Virus record (IMG/VR): IMGVR_UViG_3300008952_000003
Coordinates: 1 to 64,000 of that record
Strand: one strand, 5' to 3'
DNA length: 64,000 nt
Source: a virus
This document shows, piece after piece, positions 18,354 to 25,720 of this stretch. The notes under the pieces are model-generated. The model saw only the letters and a program-made list of their open reading frames with translations. It was not told the DNA's origin and ran no database searches. Numbering within the stretch: position 1 is the first letter of the stretch; each line of letters opens with the position of its first letter. The translations under genes were made by a program, and so were the position numbers.

Positions 18354-18382
18354 TTGACAAAAAACAGATATTTGGTTACAAT
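18354..18382 (+). promoter_or_regulatory. sigma70-type promoter
   Basis: TTGACA-N17-TACAAT, immediately followed by a late-type motif GTAGTTAC. Confidence 0.75.
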
Positions 18383-18387
18383 GTAGT

Positions 18388-18517
18388 TACTAATACTTCA
18401 ATCACTCTAATCATACTAAACATACTAATACTTCAATCACTCTAATCACTCTAATCACTCTAATCACTCTAATCATACTAATACTTCAATCATACTAAAC
18501 ATACTAAACATACTAAT
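18388..18517 (+). repeat. array of about 15 degenerate 8/9-nt units (CACTCTAAT, CATACTAAA/T, TACTTCAAT)
   Basis: Directly readable. It is 130 nt with no G on the + strand, and the 8-nt units break the frame so it is non-coding. Confidence 0.9.
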
Positions 18518-18529
18518 GTATAAGAATCG

Positions 18530-18910
18530 ATGATATCTTGGAAACGAAAAAAGAACTATAATGGAAAGAATAAAGATTATAGTATCATTAATAAGCTAAG
18601 AAAAGAGCGCAAATCTAATGAAGAATTTGAAATTATGCTTAGCAATATTACGCTGGAGGAGACAATAGCGCTCCGATTAGAATTGGCTAGCCGATCGATT
18701 TCCAATCGATTATATGGTTTTCCTTTATGGTATTCCATAAGTGATATAATTAAAGACGCCGTTGTTAAATATGCATTTTCGGCGACGAGAACAAAACTTG
18801 AGGCCATGCGATTTTTGGGCCTTAAAGAAAACTCTCATCACGAATTGAATAAAAAATATAATGTTGAAGATTATTTTTCCAATAAACAAAATTTAGATAT
18901 TGACGAATAG
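18530..18910 (+). CDS. protein with C-terminal Fis-type helix-turn-helix
   Basis: VKYAFSATRTKLEAMRFLGLKENSHHELNKKYNV matches the Fis/HTH_8 pattern (AL..T......AA..LG.......K.KKY). Confidence 0.6.
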   Translation: MISWKRKKNYNGKNKDYSIINKLRKERKSNEEFEIMLSNITLEETIALRLELASRSISNRLYGFPLWYSISDIIKDAVVKYAFSATRTKLEAMRFLGLKENSHHELNKKYNVEDYFSNKQNLDIDE

Positions 18911-18928
18911 ACGAAACGGTGTTATACT
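18900..18928 (+). promoter_or_regulatory. sigma70-type promoter
   Basis: TTGACG-N17-TATACT with extended -10 TG. Confidence 0.7.
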
Positions 18929-18941
18929 TACTATAGAAATA

Positions 18942-19136
18942 GGGTGTTATTTATGATATAGGGAGAAGAACGAATATAAGGTCAAGGTTCAATGTCTCTA
19001 ACGAACCTGAAGATGAGGGGAGGATACATATATATGATTTCGTTATTACTCACAAAACTTCGAATTACAGGGAGGCTAGGAAGCTGGACATCTGAGTTAA
19101 CCAGCATTTCTCCCTATATAATAAATAACATACACC
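18942..19136 (+). ncRNA. candidate structured RNA or structured leader, family unknown
   Basis: 18945-18967 pairs with 19108-19130 (22/23 bp). Internal helices are AGGTTC/GAACCT, GAAG-TGAG/CTCA-CTTC and GCTGG/CCAGC. It begins just after a promoter. Confidence 0.55.
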
Positions 19137-19165
19137 TCAAAAATAGAGAGCATCAAAACATATGA
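19034..19165 (+). CDS. possible 43-aa leader ORF inside the structured RNA
   Basis: SD GGGGAGG, and the stop overlaps the next ATG (ATGA). Could be incidental. Confidence 0.3.
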   Translation: MISLLLTKLRITGRLGSWTSELTSISPYIINNIHLKNREHQNI

Positions 19166-19404
19166 CCGTAGAAGAAGTAATAGATTTAGCATATTCGGAA
19201 TATTCTAGCATGCTTAAGTCGGGAGATTCTCTCGAAATTATTCGTGGAACCGACGATGGCGGTAAATCACTGGACTTCATTGTTGTTGGTGATGAGAATG
19301 CCACTCTCCTGAGAAATGCGCTCCCAAACACATATAATGGATATCGAACTGTTGTAGTATATAGCTACGAGCCAGAATACGAACTAAACGACGAAGAGTT
19401 CTAA
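19162..19404 (+). CDS. hypothetical protein
   Basis: 80-aa acidic ORF. Confidence 0.65.
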   Translation: MTVEEVIDLAYSEYSSMLKSGDSLEIIRGTDDGGKSLDFIVVGDENATLLRNALPNTYNGYRTVVVYSYEPEYELNDEEF

Positions 19405-19405
19405 T

Positions 19406-20068
19406 GTGAAAAGGCTCGTAATCTCAGATACTCATATCGGATCTAGATTTTGTAGAAAAAAAGAGCTTTTGGAGCTTATCCGCACAGCCGAGTATGATCA
19501 ATTGATCTTAAATGGTGATATTATAGAGTTCTTGAAAGTTCCCACTTTCACTCCGCTGGCCCTGGATATAATAAAGTCTATAGATTATACTAAGGATATA
19601 ATTTATGTTGTTGGCAATCACGATGTTGCATTAGCTAATTTTGTCGGTCAGGATCTCCATGGAGTAAGATTTGTCAATGAATACTGCTTCGAGGAATCCG
19701 GAAGGATATTCAGGGTAGAACATGGCGACAAATATGAGACTGGCCTAGTTCACAGAAAAAATATTATGAGATTCATTTCCCTCTTTCAGGACTTTTTGGA
19801 GAGGGCGTTTAATATAGATTTAGCTTCTTGGTTGACAAATTTAAAAATCAAAAAAAGAAAATTAAAAAAACTTTGGGATATAATGGACATCAATGATGAC
19901 GTGGACGTTCTGGTCATTGGCCACTTACATATACCAGAAGTTGTTATTTGGATCGATGAAGACGAGAATATTAAAACATACGTCAACAGTGGCGATTGGG
20001 TCCAGCACGCAACTTATGTTGAAATCAATGATGGTGTTGTCCGATTAAGAAATTTTTTAAAAAAATAG
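19406..20068 (+). CDS. calcineurin-like metallophosphoesterase, LpxH (UDP-2,3-diacylglucosamine hydrolase)-like
   Basis: ISDTH, LNGDII, VGNHD, EHGD, GHLH and NSGDW motifs. Confidence 0.8.
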   Translation: MKRLVISDTHIGSRFCRKKELLELIRTAEYDQLILNGDIIEFLKVPTFTPLALDIIKSIDYTKDIIYVVGNHDVALANFVGQDLHGVRFVNEYCFEESGRIFRVEHGDKYETGLVHRKNIMRFISLFQDFLERAFNIDLASWLTNLKIKKRKLKKLWDIMDINDDVDVLVIGHLHIPEVVIWIDEDENIKTYVNSGDWVQHATYVEINDGVVRLRNFLKK

Positions 20069-20111
20069 AAATTAAAAATAATTAATAATAATTATTTTCG
20101 GAGTCTTTGAT

Positions 20112-20546
20112 ATGAGCGCTGTTTTTCTTGTCGTGGCTGGATTTTTTGCCACATCTTTTCTCTTTTATTTGAACCACAGGTTTGTTGGTCACGGCCCACT
20201 TGGAAGGCTTCCGCTATTAAAATATATAAGAAAGATGCATTTGATTCACCACAAGAACGACTATAACGAGAAAAGAAACGATCACCTGTTTTTGCCATTC
20301 TGGGCAAAGTTGCTATTCCTTTCAGTGTTCGGCATAATCTCTTTAATGTCAATTTCTTTTGCTGTGGGGTACATTTCTTATGTGCTTTATTATGAATGGA
20401 TGCACCACAAAATACACAATCACGATAAAAGCTCAAGGTGTTATAAGCATCATTATGTCCATCACAGAAAATCTATAAAACACAATTTCTCAGGTACGAT
20501 GCCCTTTATCGATAAGCTCTTTGGTACCGATCTAAAAAAAGCTTGA
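20112..20546 (+). CDS. fatty acid hydroxylase / sterol desaturase family membrane di-iron enzyme
   Basis: His boxes YLNHRFVGH, HLIHH, YEWMHHKIH, HHYVHH, plus NFSGTMPFIDKLFGT. Confidence 0.85.
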   Translation: MSAVFLVVAGFFATSFLFYLNHRFVGHGPLGRLPLLKYIRKMHLIHHKNDYNEKRNDHLFLPFWAKLLFLSVFGIISLMSISFAVGYISYVLYYEWMHHKIHNHDKSSRCYKHHYVHHRKSIKHNFSGTMPFIDKLFGTDLKKA

Positions 20547-20571
20547 CAAAGAAAGCCATAGGTGATATATT
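20543..20571 (+). promoter_or_regulatory. sigma70-type promoter for the tRNA cluster
   Basis: TTGACA-N17-TATATT with extended -10 TG. Confidence 0.75.
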
Positions 20572-20596
20572 ATTAGTATGGAAAAGAAAATTAATA

Positions 20597-20673
20597 GGAC
20601 CTATAGCTCAGTTGGTCAGAGCACCCGGCTCATAACCGGAATGTCCCAGGTTCAAGTCCTGGTGGGTCCACCA
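20597..20673 (+). tRNA. tRNA with CAU anticodon, most like tRNA-Ile2
   Basis: Acceptor GGACCTA/TGGGTCC, loop CTCATAA, CCA. The body resembles bacterial Ile2 rather than initiator Met (G1:C72 is paired). Confidence 0.85.
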
Positions 20674-20679
20674 TTCAAT

Positions 20680-20752
20680 TGGGATGTAGTACAATTGGCA
20701 GTACGTCAGACTGTTAATCTGAAAGTTGTTGGTTCGAGTCCAACCGTCCCAG
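20680..20752 (+). tRNA. tRNA-Asn(GUU)
   Basis: Acceptor TGGGATG/CGTCCCA, stem TCAGA/TCTGA, loop CTGTTAA. No encoded CCA. Confidence 0.88.
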
Positions 20753-20757
20753 TTTTT

Positions 20758-20834
20758 GCGCCCTTAGCTCAACTGGATAGAGCAACAGCCTTCTAAGCTG
20801 TAGGTTTCAGGTTCGAGTCCTGAAGGGCGTGCCA
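20758..20834 (+). tRNA. tRNA-Arg(UCU)
   Basis: Acceptor GCGCCCT/AGGGCGT, stem ACAGC/GCTGT, loop CTTCTAA, CCA. Confidence 0.93.
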
Positions 20835-20853
20835 CTTCACGATAGGAGAGAGA

Positions 20854-21111
20854 ATGACAAAAGCATCTAGTATAATTTTTATATTCCTTGTTGCGTGTTC
20901 AACCCATTCTGATATGGATGTCAGGGATGCGAATATCTTAAAGCAAGAAAATATTGCCTACTCTAAAGTGATTAATCACTGGATAGATGGAGAATATATT
21001 GGAAATGGGAAAAATAAACAATGGATTCCTGGCCATTGGGAAAAGAGATTAGCTAATCCTATTTTCGATTCTGAGTATGTGTGGGAATCTGGAGAGTGGA
21101 GGAAAGAATGA
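20854..21111 (+). CDS. putative lipoprotein with YXWGXW-like repeats
   Basis: Signal peptide ending LVAC, with motifs WIDGEY, WIPGHW and VWESGEW. Confidence 0.65.
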   Translation: MTKASSIIFIFLVACSTHSDMDVRDANILKQENIAYSKVINHWIDGEYIGNGKNKQWIPGHWEKRLANPIFDSEYVWESGEWRKE

Positions 21112-21719
21112 AAAGTGATATGTATTGGTGCGCTCAAAAACCAACTGAAATTTGTGGATCTGAGTTAGCATCTGCAGATGACAACAACACAGTGGAGAAA
21201 AAGAATAATAAAATATATTTTTACACTGAAGTCTCAAGGGGAAAAAATCTAAAATTGAATTTGGCGATTAATGATATTTCTAATGAATTGCTCAACAGGG
21301 CAAATGTTTTGGGAGTAGATCCAGGCACGATTGATCTCCATATCAACTCTTATGGTGGATCCGTTCATGCCGGATTTTCCAGCGTCGACTATATCCTGAA
21401 TTCAAAGGTTCCAGTAACAACAATCATCGATGGGTGTGCCGCGTCTGCAGCTACTATTATGAGTGTTTGCGGAGCACACAGGAAGATGAATAAACACGCT
21501 TATATGTTAATCCATCAGTTGTCATCTGGTATGTGGGGGAAGTATGCTGAGATGCAAGACAAGATGGAAAATTGCGACAGATTCATGGATATGATAATCG
21601 ATGTCTATAAAGAACACACGAAGATTCCTAAAAAAGAGCTTAATAATATATTGAAGCACGATCTTTGGTGGGACGCGCAAACTTGTTTGAAATATGGATT
21701 GGTAGATGAGATTATTTAA
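21108..21719 (+). CDS. clpP: ClpP-family serine protease
   Basis: LHINSYGGSV, IDGCAASAA and MLIHQ motifs. ATG 21108 is coupled to the upstream stop. Confidence 0.85.
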   Translation: MKSDMYWCAQKPTEICGSELASADDNNTVEKKNNKIYFYTEVSRGKNLKLNLAINDISNELLNRANVLGVDPGTIDLHINSYGGSVHAGFSSVDYILNSKVPVTTIIDGCAASAATIMSVCGAHRKMNKHAYMLIHQLSSGMWGKYAEMQDKMENCDRFMDMIIDVYKEHTKIPKKELNNILKHDLWWDAQTCLKYGLVDEII

Positions 21720-21891
21720 TTTGATAAGTGGATTCGCAAAGTCCTATGCTATTTTTGGCTTAGGGGTCCTGTTTGGATCGGTGATCGCCTCAGTCACCAC
21801 CTATGCCGTCATGACAGCGTGTTACGGAATCCCAGATACAATAAAAATTTTGGAAATACAAGAGTGCTTGCAGGAGAAAATTTATGAGTGA
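21706..21891 (+). CDS. small membrane protein
   Basis: 61 aa with a hydrophobic segment. Confidence 0.6.
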   Translation: MRLFNLISGFAKSYAIFGLGVLFGSVIASVTTYAVMTACYGIPDTIKILEIQECLQEKIYE

Positions 21892-22309
21892 TGAGAAAAC
21901 AATAATGGTCAGCGGCGGTTTTGACCCTATTCACGTTGGCCATGTGAGGATGATTCGGGAAGCTGCGAATCATGGAGATGTAATAGTCGTGGCAAATTCG
22001 GATGATTGGCTATTTCGAAAAAAAGGGTATAATTTTATGGCCTTTAAGGAGAGAAAAGAGATTCTGATGGCTATTAAAGGTGTTGTTGATGTGGTCCCGG
22101 TTCACGATGAGGACGGAACTGTTTGTAGTGCCCTAATCGAACATAAGCCAACTTATTTTGCAAACGGCGGAGATCGCAAGAAAGACAATACTCCCGAGAA
22201 AATCGTTTGCGAGGAATTGGGAATAGAGATGCTGTGGAACATCGGAGGGGAGAAAATTCAATCCTCTTCAGAATTAGTAGAGAAATCAGGTGAGAAAAAA
22301 GATATTTAG
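21884..22309 (+). CDS. cytidylyltransferase/adenylyltransferase-family (HIGH) protein
   Basis: VSGGFDPIHVGH...ER.EIL...FANGGDR...QSSS. Confidence 0.85.
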   Translation: MSDEKTIMVSGGFDPIHVGHVRMIREAANHGDVIVVANSDDWLFRKKGYNFMAFKERKEILMAIKGVVDVVPVHDEDGTVCSALIEHKPTYFANGGDRKKDNTPEKIVCEELGIEMLWNIGGEKIQSSSELVEKSGEKKDI

Positions 22310-22313
22310 AAAG

Positions 22314-22433
22314 GTGGTATCAAGAACCATCAGGACGACTTACTGGGCAACCATCGCCGCAGCAGTTATTTTACATTTTGTTTACTATGGTATCTTACCG
22401 ATAGAAAATAACTCAAATAACTATAGTTCATAA
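22314..22433 (+). CDS. possible 39-aa membrane peptide
   Basis: GTG start, TYWATIAAAVILHFVYYGILP, fills the intergenic gap. Confidence 0.35.
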   Translation: MVSRTIRTTYWATIAAAVILHFVYYGILPIENNSNNYSS

Positions 22434-22444
22434 TAGTTACTAGT

Positions 22445-22726
22445 ATGAACTGGTTCTTATATGAAGTAACAGAAGATTTTTTAGATGAAGATGGCGAGAT
22501 AACACGATCGGGCCAATCCGGCGTAGGAGAGTGTTCTATGCAGCCAGGTATTATGGAGGCACCGTATGGAACCATGTACGTTGTGTCTGGCAAAGATATT
22601 AAATCATATTTTACAAAACACAACATAAGACACATTAATGCCCACAGTGTAAAGAGGGCCATTTTGGATTATTATTTTAGAAAAGAAGAACCACTCAAGG
22701 ATGAAGATGAATTCATCTTTGATTAA
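22445..22726 (+). CDS. hypothetical protein
   Basis: 93-aa ORF preceded by ATAGTTAC. Confidence 0.6.
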   Translation: MNWFLYEVTEDFLDEDGEITRSGQSGVGECSMQPGIMEAPYGTMYVVSGKDIKSYFTKHNIRHINAHSVKRAILDYYFRKEEPLKDEDEFIFD

Positions 22727-22756
22727 GGGCTCCACACAAGGAGCCAAGGAGGATAG

Positions 22757-22930
22757 ATGTTAGAATCAATTAAATATGCACTCGGTATTTTGTGGGACGC
22801 ATTTCGACAAGTGTTATCGGACCCCTTGAAGCATGCTGCCGATGCAGCTTATTGGATGCTAAGTCTCGGAGCAGCTACCTGGCTGATCTTGTTCACGGCT
22901 AACTTCGTATTGAGAATATTGGGTTTTTAA
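22757..22930 (+). CDS. small membrane protein (57 aa)
   Basis: Strong SD AAGGAGG; MLESIKYALGILWDAF...TWLILFTANFVLRILGF. Below the ORF-track cutoff. Confidence 0.7.
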   Translation: MLESIKYALGILWDAFRQVLSDPLKHAADAAYWMLSLGAATWLILFTANFVLRILGF

Positions 22931-22951
22931 AAAAAGCCTTAAATAAAATTA

Positions 22952-22977
22952 AAAACCACCTCTCCTGGGGTGGTTTT
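22952..22977 (+). terminator. putative intrinsic terminator
   Basis: AAAACCACC-TC-TCCT-GG-GGTGGTTTT hairpin after the gene cluster. Confidence 0.65.
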
Positions 22978-22990
22978 CTAGTTTATTGAT

Positions 22991-22998
22991 CTAGTTAC
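22991..22998 (+). promoter_or_regulatory. putative phage late promoter (CTAGTTAC)
   Basis: Motif between the terminator and the phoH-like ATG, 8 nt before the start. Confidence 0.45.
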
Positions 22999-23006
22999 TG
23001 GTGTCT

Positions 23007-24335
23007 ATGACGGAAAAGATTTATATAATTGATACTAGTGCCTGTTTGACTGATTTTCGATGCATATATCACTATGGAAAGAATAACATTGTTATCCCCA
23101 TGAAGGTCTTGGAAGAGATAGATAAGCATAAAAAGAGGCAAGATGCCGTCGGAACAAATGCTAGAAATATAATAAGAGAATTTGATCTCTTAAGAAGTCG
23201 AGGATCTCTACAAAATGGTGTCTCTCTTGGTGAAACTCTCGGAATCTTGAGGGTTTCTAGAATAGATGTCAAAGACATCCCACCAGATTTTAGTCAGTCA
23301 GATTCTGATCACATTATTATGACAGCCGCTATTAGCGAACAAAAGAAGAATCCCGATAAAAAGATAATTATTGTATCACGAGATATAAATATGCGGGTCA
23401 TGACAGACTCGCTGGGTATTTTATCAGAGGATTATATTGAGAATCAAATCATAGGAGCGCAATCTGATTTATATACCGGATTTGATACCATCGAGGTATC
23501 TGACTCTGATATAGATGAGGTGTATTCCAATAACCTGTTCCCAGAAAACCTTAAATATATGGAGATACACAATAATCAATCAGTCATGCTAACTTCAGAA
23601 ATTAATGAAAAAAAATCAGTCTTATGTCGCTATCGTAATGGAAAATTTAGAAAAGTATTTGATTTGAATAAGAAGGGGGTATGGGGAATTAAGCCAAGAA
23701 ATAAGGAGCAAGTTTTCGCCCTTGATTTGTTGCTGGACTCGAAGGTCCCCCTTGTGACTCTAGTCGGACGCGCTGGAAGCGGTAAAACGCTTATGGCTAT
23801 CGCAGCAGGAATAGCACAAACCATCAACGATCCATTCAAAACAAATGATGAGCCAATGTATAAAAAATTAGTAATCTCAAGGCCGATACAGCCAATGGGT
23901 AATGATATTGGATATCTTCCTGGCACCATGGAAGAGAAAATGCACCCATGGTTGATGCCAATACAAGATAACTTGCAATATATTCTTGGGAACGATAAAG
24001 CAACCCTAGAGGAGTATATGGAGAAAGGAATCATAGAGGTAGAAGCTCTTACTTATATTAGAGGCAGATCAATATCTAACGCTTATATTATAATTGACGA
24101 AGCCCAAAATCTCTCCTTGCATGAAATAAAAACAATACTGACCCGCGTCGGAGAAAATACAAAGATAGTTCTGACTGGCGATATTGATCAGATTGATAAT
24201 ATGTTTCTTGATGAAACTTCGAATGGCCTTGTTCATATTGTGGAGAATTTTAAAACATACGATATATCTGGCCACATAACTTTGTCAAAAGGCGAGCGGT
24301 CAGCACTTGCCACCCTCGCTTCTGAGATATTGTAG
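23007..24335 (+). CDS. phoH: PhoH-family protein (PIN domain plus P-loop ATPase, YlaK type)
   Basis: YIIDTSA PIN domain, GRAGSGKT Walker A, TYIRGRS and IIIDEAQN. Confidence 0.9.
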   Translation: MTEKIYIIDTSACLTDFRCIYHYGKNNIVIPMKVLEEIDKHKKRQDAVGTNARNIIREFDLLRSRGSLQNGVSLGETLGILRVSRIDVKDIPPDFSQSDSDHIIMTAAISEQKKNPDKKIIIVSRDINMRVMTDSLGILSEDYIENQIIGAQSDLYTGFDTIEVSDSDIDEVYSNNLFPENLKYMEIHNNQSVMLTSEINEKKSVLCRYRNGKFRKVFDLNKKGVWGIKPRNKEQVFALDLLLDSKVPLVTLVGRAGSGKTLMAIAAGIAQTINDPFKTNDEPMYKKLVISRPIQPMGNDIGYLPGTMEEKMHPWLMPIQDNLQYILGNDKATLEEYMEKGIIEVEALTYIRGRSISNAYIIIDEAQNLSLHEIKTILTRVGENTKIVLTGDIDQIDNMFLDETSNGLVHIVENFKTYDISGHITLSKGERSALATLASEIL

Positions 24336-24343
24336 TTTTTTTC

Positions 24344-24372
24344 TTGACAATTTTGATATTATAGGTTATAAT
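24344..24372 (+). promoter_or_regulatory. sigma70-type promoter
   Basis: Perfect TTGACA-N17-TATAAT. Confidence 0.88.
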
Positions 24373-24401
24373 TACTATATTGTTATGTTTAGGAGTATGT
24401 C

Positions 24402-24662
24402 ATGACTACGAGAGAAGAGATTGAAAGTGGGATATTAAATCAAATAGTTGTTTCAGATAGCGGGATGAGAGAATTAATAGTAGAATATATTGGAAATAAA
24501 CTAAATCCAGAAAATGATGAAGTGACACTGGAAATGATAATAGGTGTCTTAGCTGAAGAATTTCCGGAGATTGTTCTCGCCATTGCAGAAGAAAACTTTC
24601 TTAGGGGATATTCTGCGGGACTTGATGATGTATCTGCCCTGGATATTCAAGAGATAAAATAA
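24402..24662 (+). CDS. conserved hypothetical protein
   Basis: SD AGGAG; ends LAEEFPEIVLAIAEENFLRGY..GLDD. Confidence 0.75.
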   Translation: MTTREEIESGILNQIVVSDSGMRELIVEYIGNKLNPENDEVTLEMIIGVLAEEFPEIVLAIAEENFLRGYSAGLDDVSALDIQEIK

Positions 24663-24663
24663 A

Positions 24664-25356
24664 ATGTATAATCTAGATTATTTAAAAAAATCAAACCGGG
24701 AGGCGAAAGAGCAGCAAGCAGAATATGATATGGGCGGCTCCATTCAGATTTTCATAAAAGACAAAATTGAAAGCAATATTGACGTCGAAGATGTAGTGTC
24801 AAAAATAAGCACTTCAATACCACCCCACTTACTTAGGGAGATTGATGTAATCTATATAGGTATGTTTGAGGAATTCGAGAAAATGGACACAAACGCGATG
24901 TACAAAGATGGCGCTATATACGTCAGCAATGAACAGGAAGATGAGCAAGATCTGATTGATGATATATGCCACGAAATAGCTCACTCCTTAGAGTCTCCGT
25001 ATGGCGATATTTTATATGCCGACGGCGCCCTGGAACATGAATTTTTATTAAAAAGAAAGAGATTATATAACATCTTAGAAGCCGAGGGAGAGAATCCATC
25101 GCTTGCTCTTTTTGAGGACCCAGATTATAATTATGAGTTAGATAAATATTTGTACGAAGAGATAGGATACGACAAACTTAATTTGATAGCAGCATCTTAT
25201 GGACTGTTTACTTCAGCATATTGTGCTACCGCCTTGAGGGAATATTTTGCCAATGGTTTCGAATATTATTTTTTAGATGATAGACAATATCTAGGTGAGA
25301 TCTGCCCAGTATTATATAAAAAAATAAAGGAAATTTACGAAAATGATACGCAATGA
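24664..25356 (+). CDS. putative zinc metallopeptidase (HExxH...EYFA)
   Basis: ICHEIAHSLE and LREYFANGFE, the spacing seen in ATLF/PPEP-like zincins. Confidence 0.6.
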   Translation: MYNLDYLKKSNREAKEQQAEYDMGGSIQIFIKDKIESNIDVEDVVSKISTSIPPHLLREIDVIYIGMFEEFEKMDTNAMYKDGAIYVSNEQEDEQDLIDDICHEIAHSLESPYGDILYADGALEHEFLLKRKRLYNILEAEGENPSLALFEDPDYNYELDKYLYEEIGYDKLNLIAASYGLFTSAYCATALREYFANGFEYYFLDDRQYLGEICPVLYKKIKEIYENDTQ

Positions 25357-25720
25357 AAATGTAGAGATAGAAAATGGTAAAGTGAGAGTTACAGTAGAAC
25401 TTAAAAAATATTGTAACAGGAATAACAAAAAGGTCGTTACATGTAAAACAAAAGATGTTGAATCTGCCTTGACAGAAATGGGGATTGATTTTGGGAAGTG
25501 CGTAGAGTCTTCAAATCTATCAAATAAGCACCACAACTATTGTTCTGGTACTTGGATCTTTGAGAAGAAAGAAAAACCAAAAACAACAAAAAGAAAGAGT
25601 TATTCCAAATCGAAGGAAGAAAGTTCAAAAAAATCAGAAAAAACGCTTGACAAATCCGCTGAGGATGTTATAATAGTAGAGAACGTTAAACTAGATAACC
25701 TTTTATCCGAAGAGGGGTAA
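25343..25720 (+). CDS. hypothetical basic protein
   Basis: 125-aa ORF overlapping both neighbours. Confidence 0.65.
   Translation: MIRNENVEIENGKVRVTVELKKYCNRNNKKVVTCKTKDVESALTEMGIDFGKCVESSNLSNKHHNYCSGTWIFEKKEKPKTTKRKSYSKSKEESSKKSEKTLDKSAEDVIIVENVKLDNLLSEEG
25647..25674 (+). promoter_or_regulatory. sigma70-type promoter inside a CDS
   Basis: TTGACA-N16-TATAAT with extended -10 TG, 45 nt before the nuclease start. Confidence 0.65.

Noticed and set aside
18388-18517. Repeat array as a CRISPR array or a coding repeat
   Set aside because: Units are 8-9 nt and contiguous with no unique spacers. The 8-nt units shift the frame and stops occur on both strands.
18388-18517. TACTAA resemblance to the spliceosomal branch point
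   Set aside because: Prokaryotic virus context with no splice sites; a chance match in an A/C/T-only repeat.
20578-20796. 72-aa ORF from the ORF track
   Set aside because: It overlaps three well-formed tRNA genes and is an artefact.
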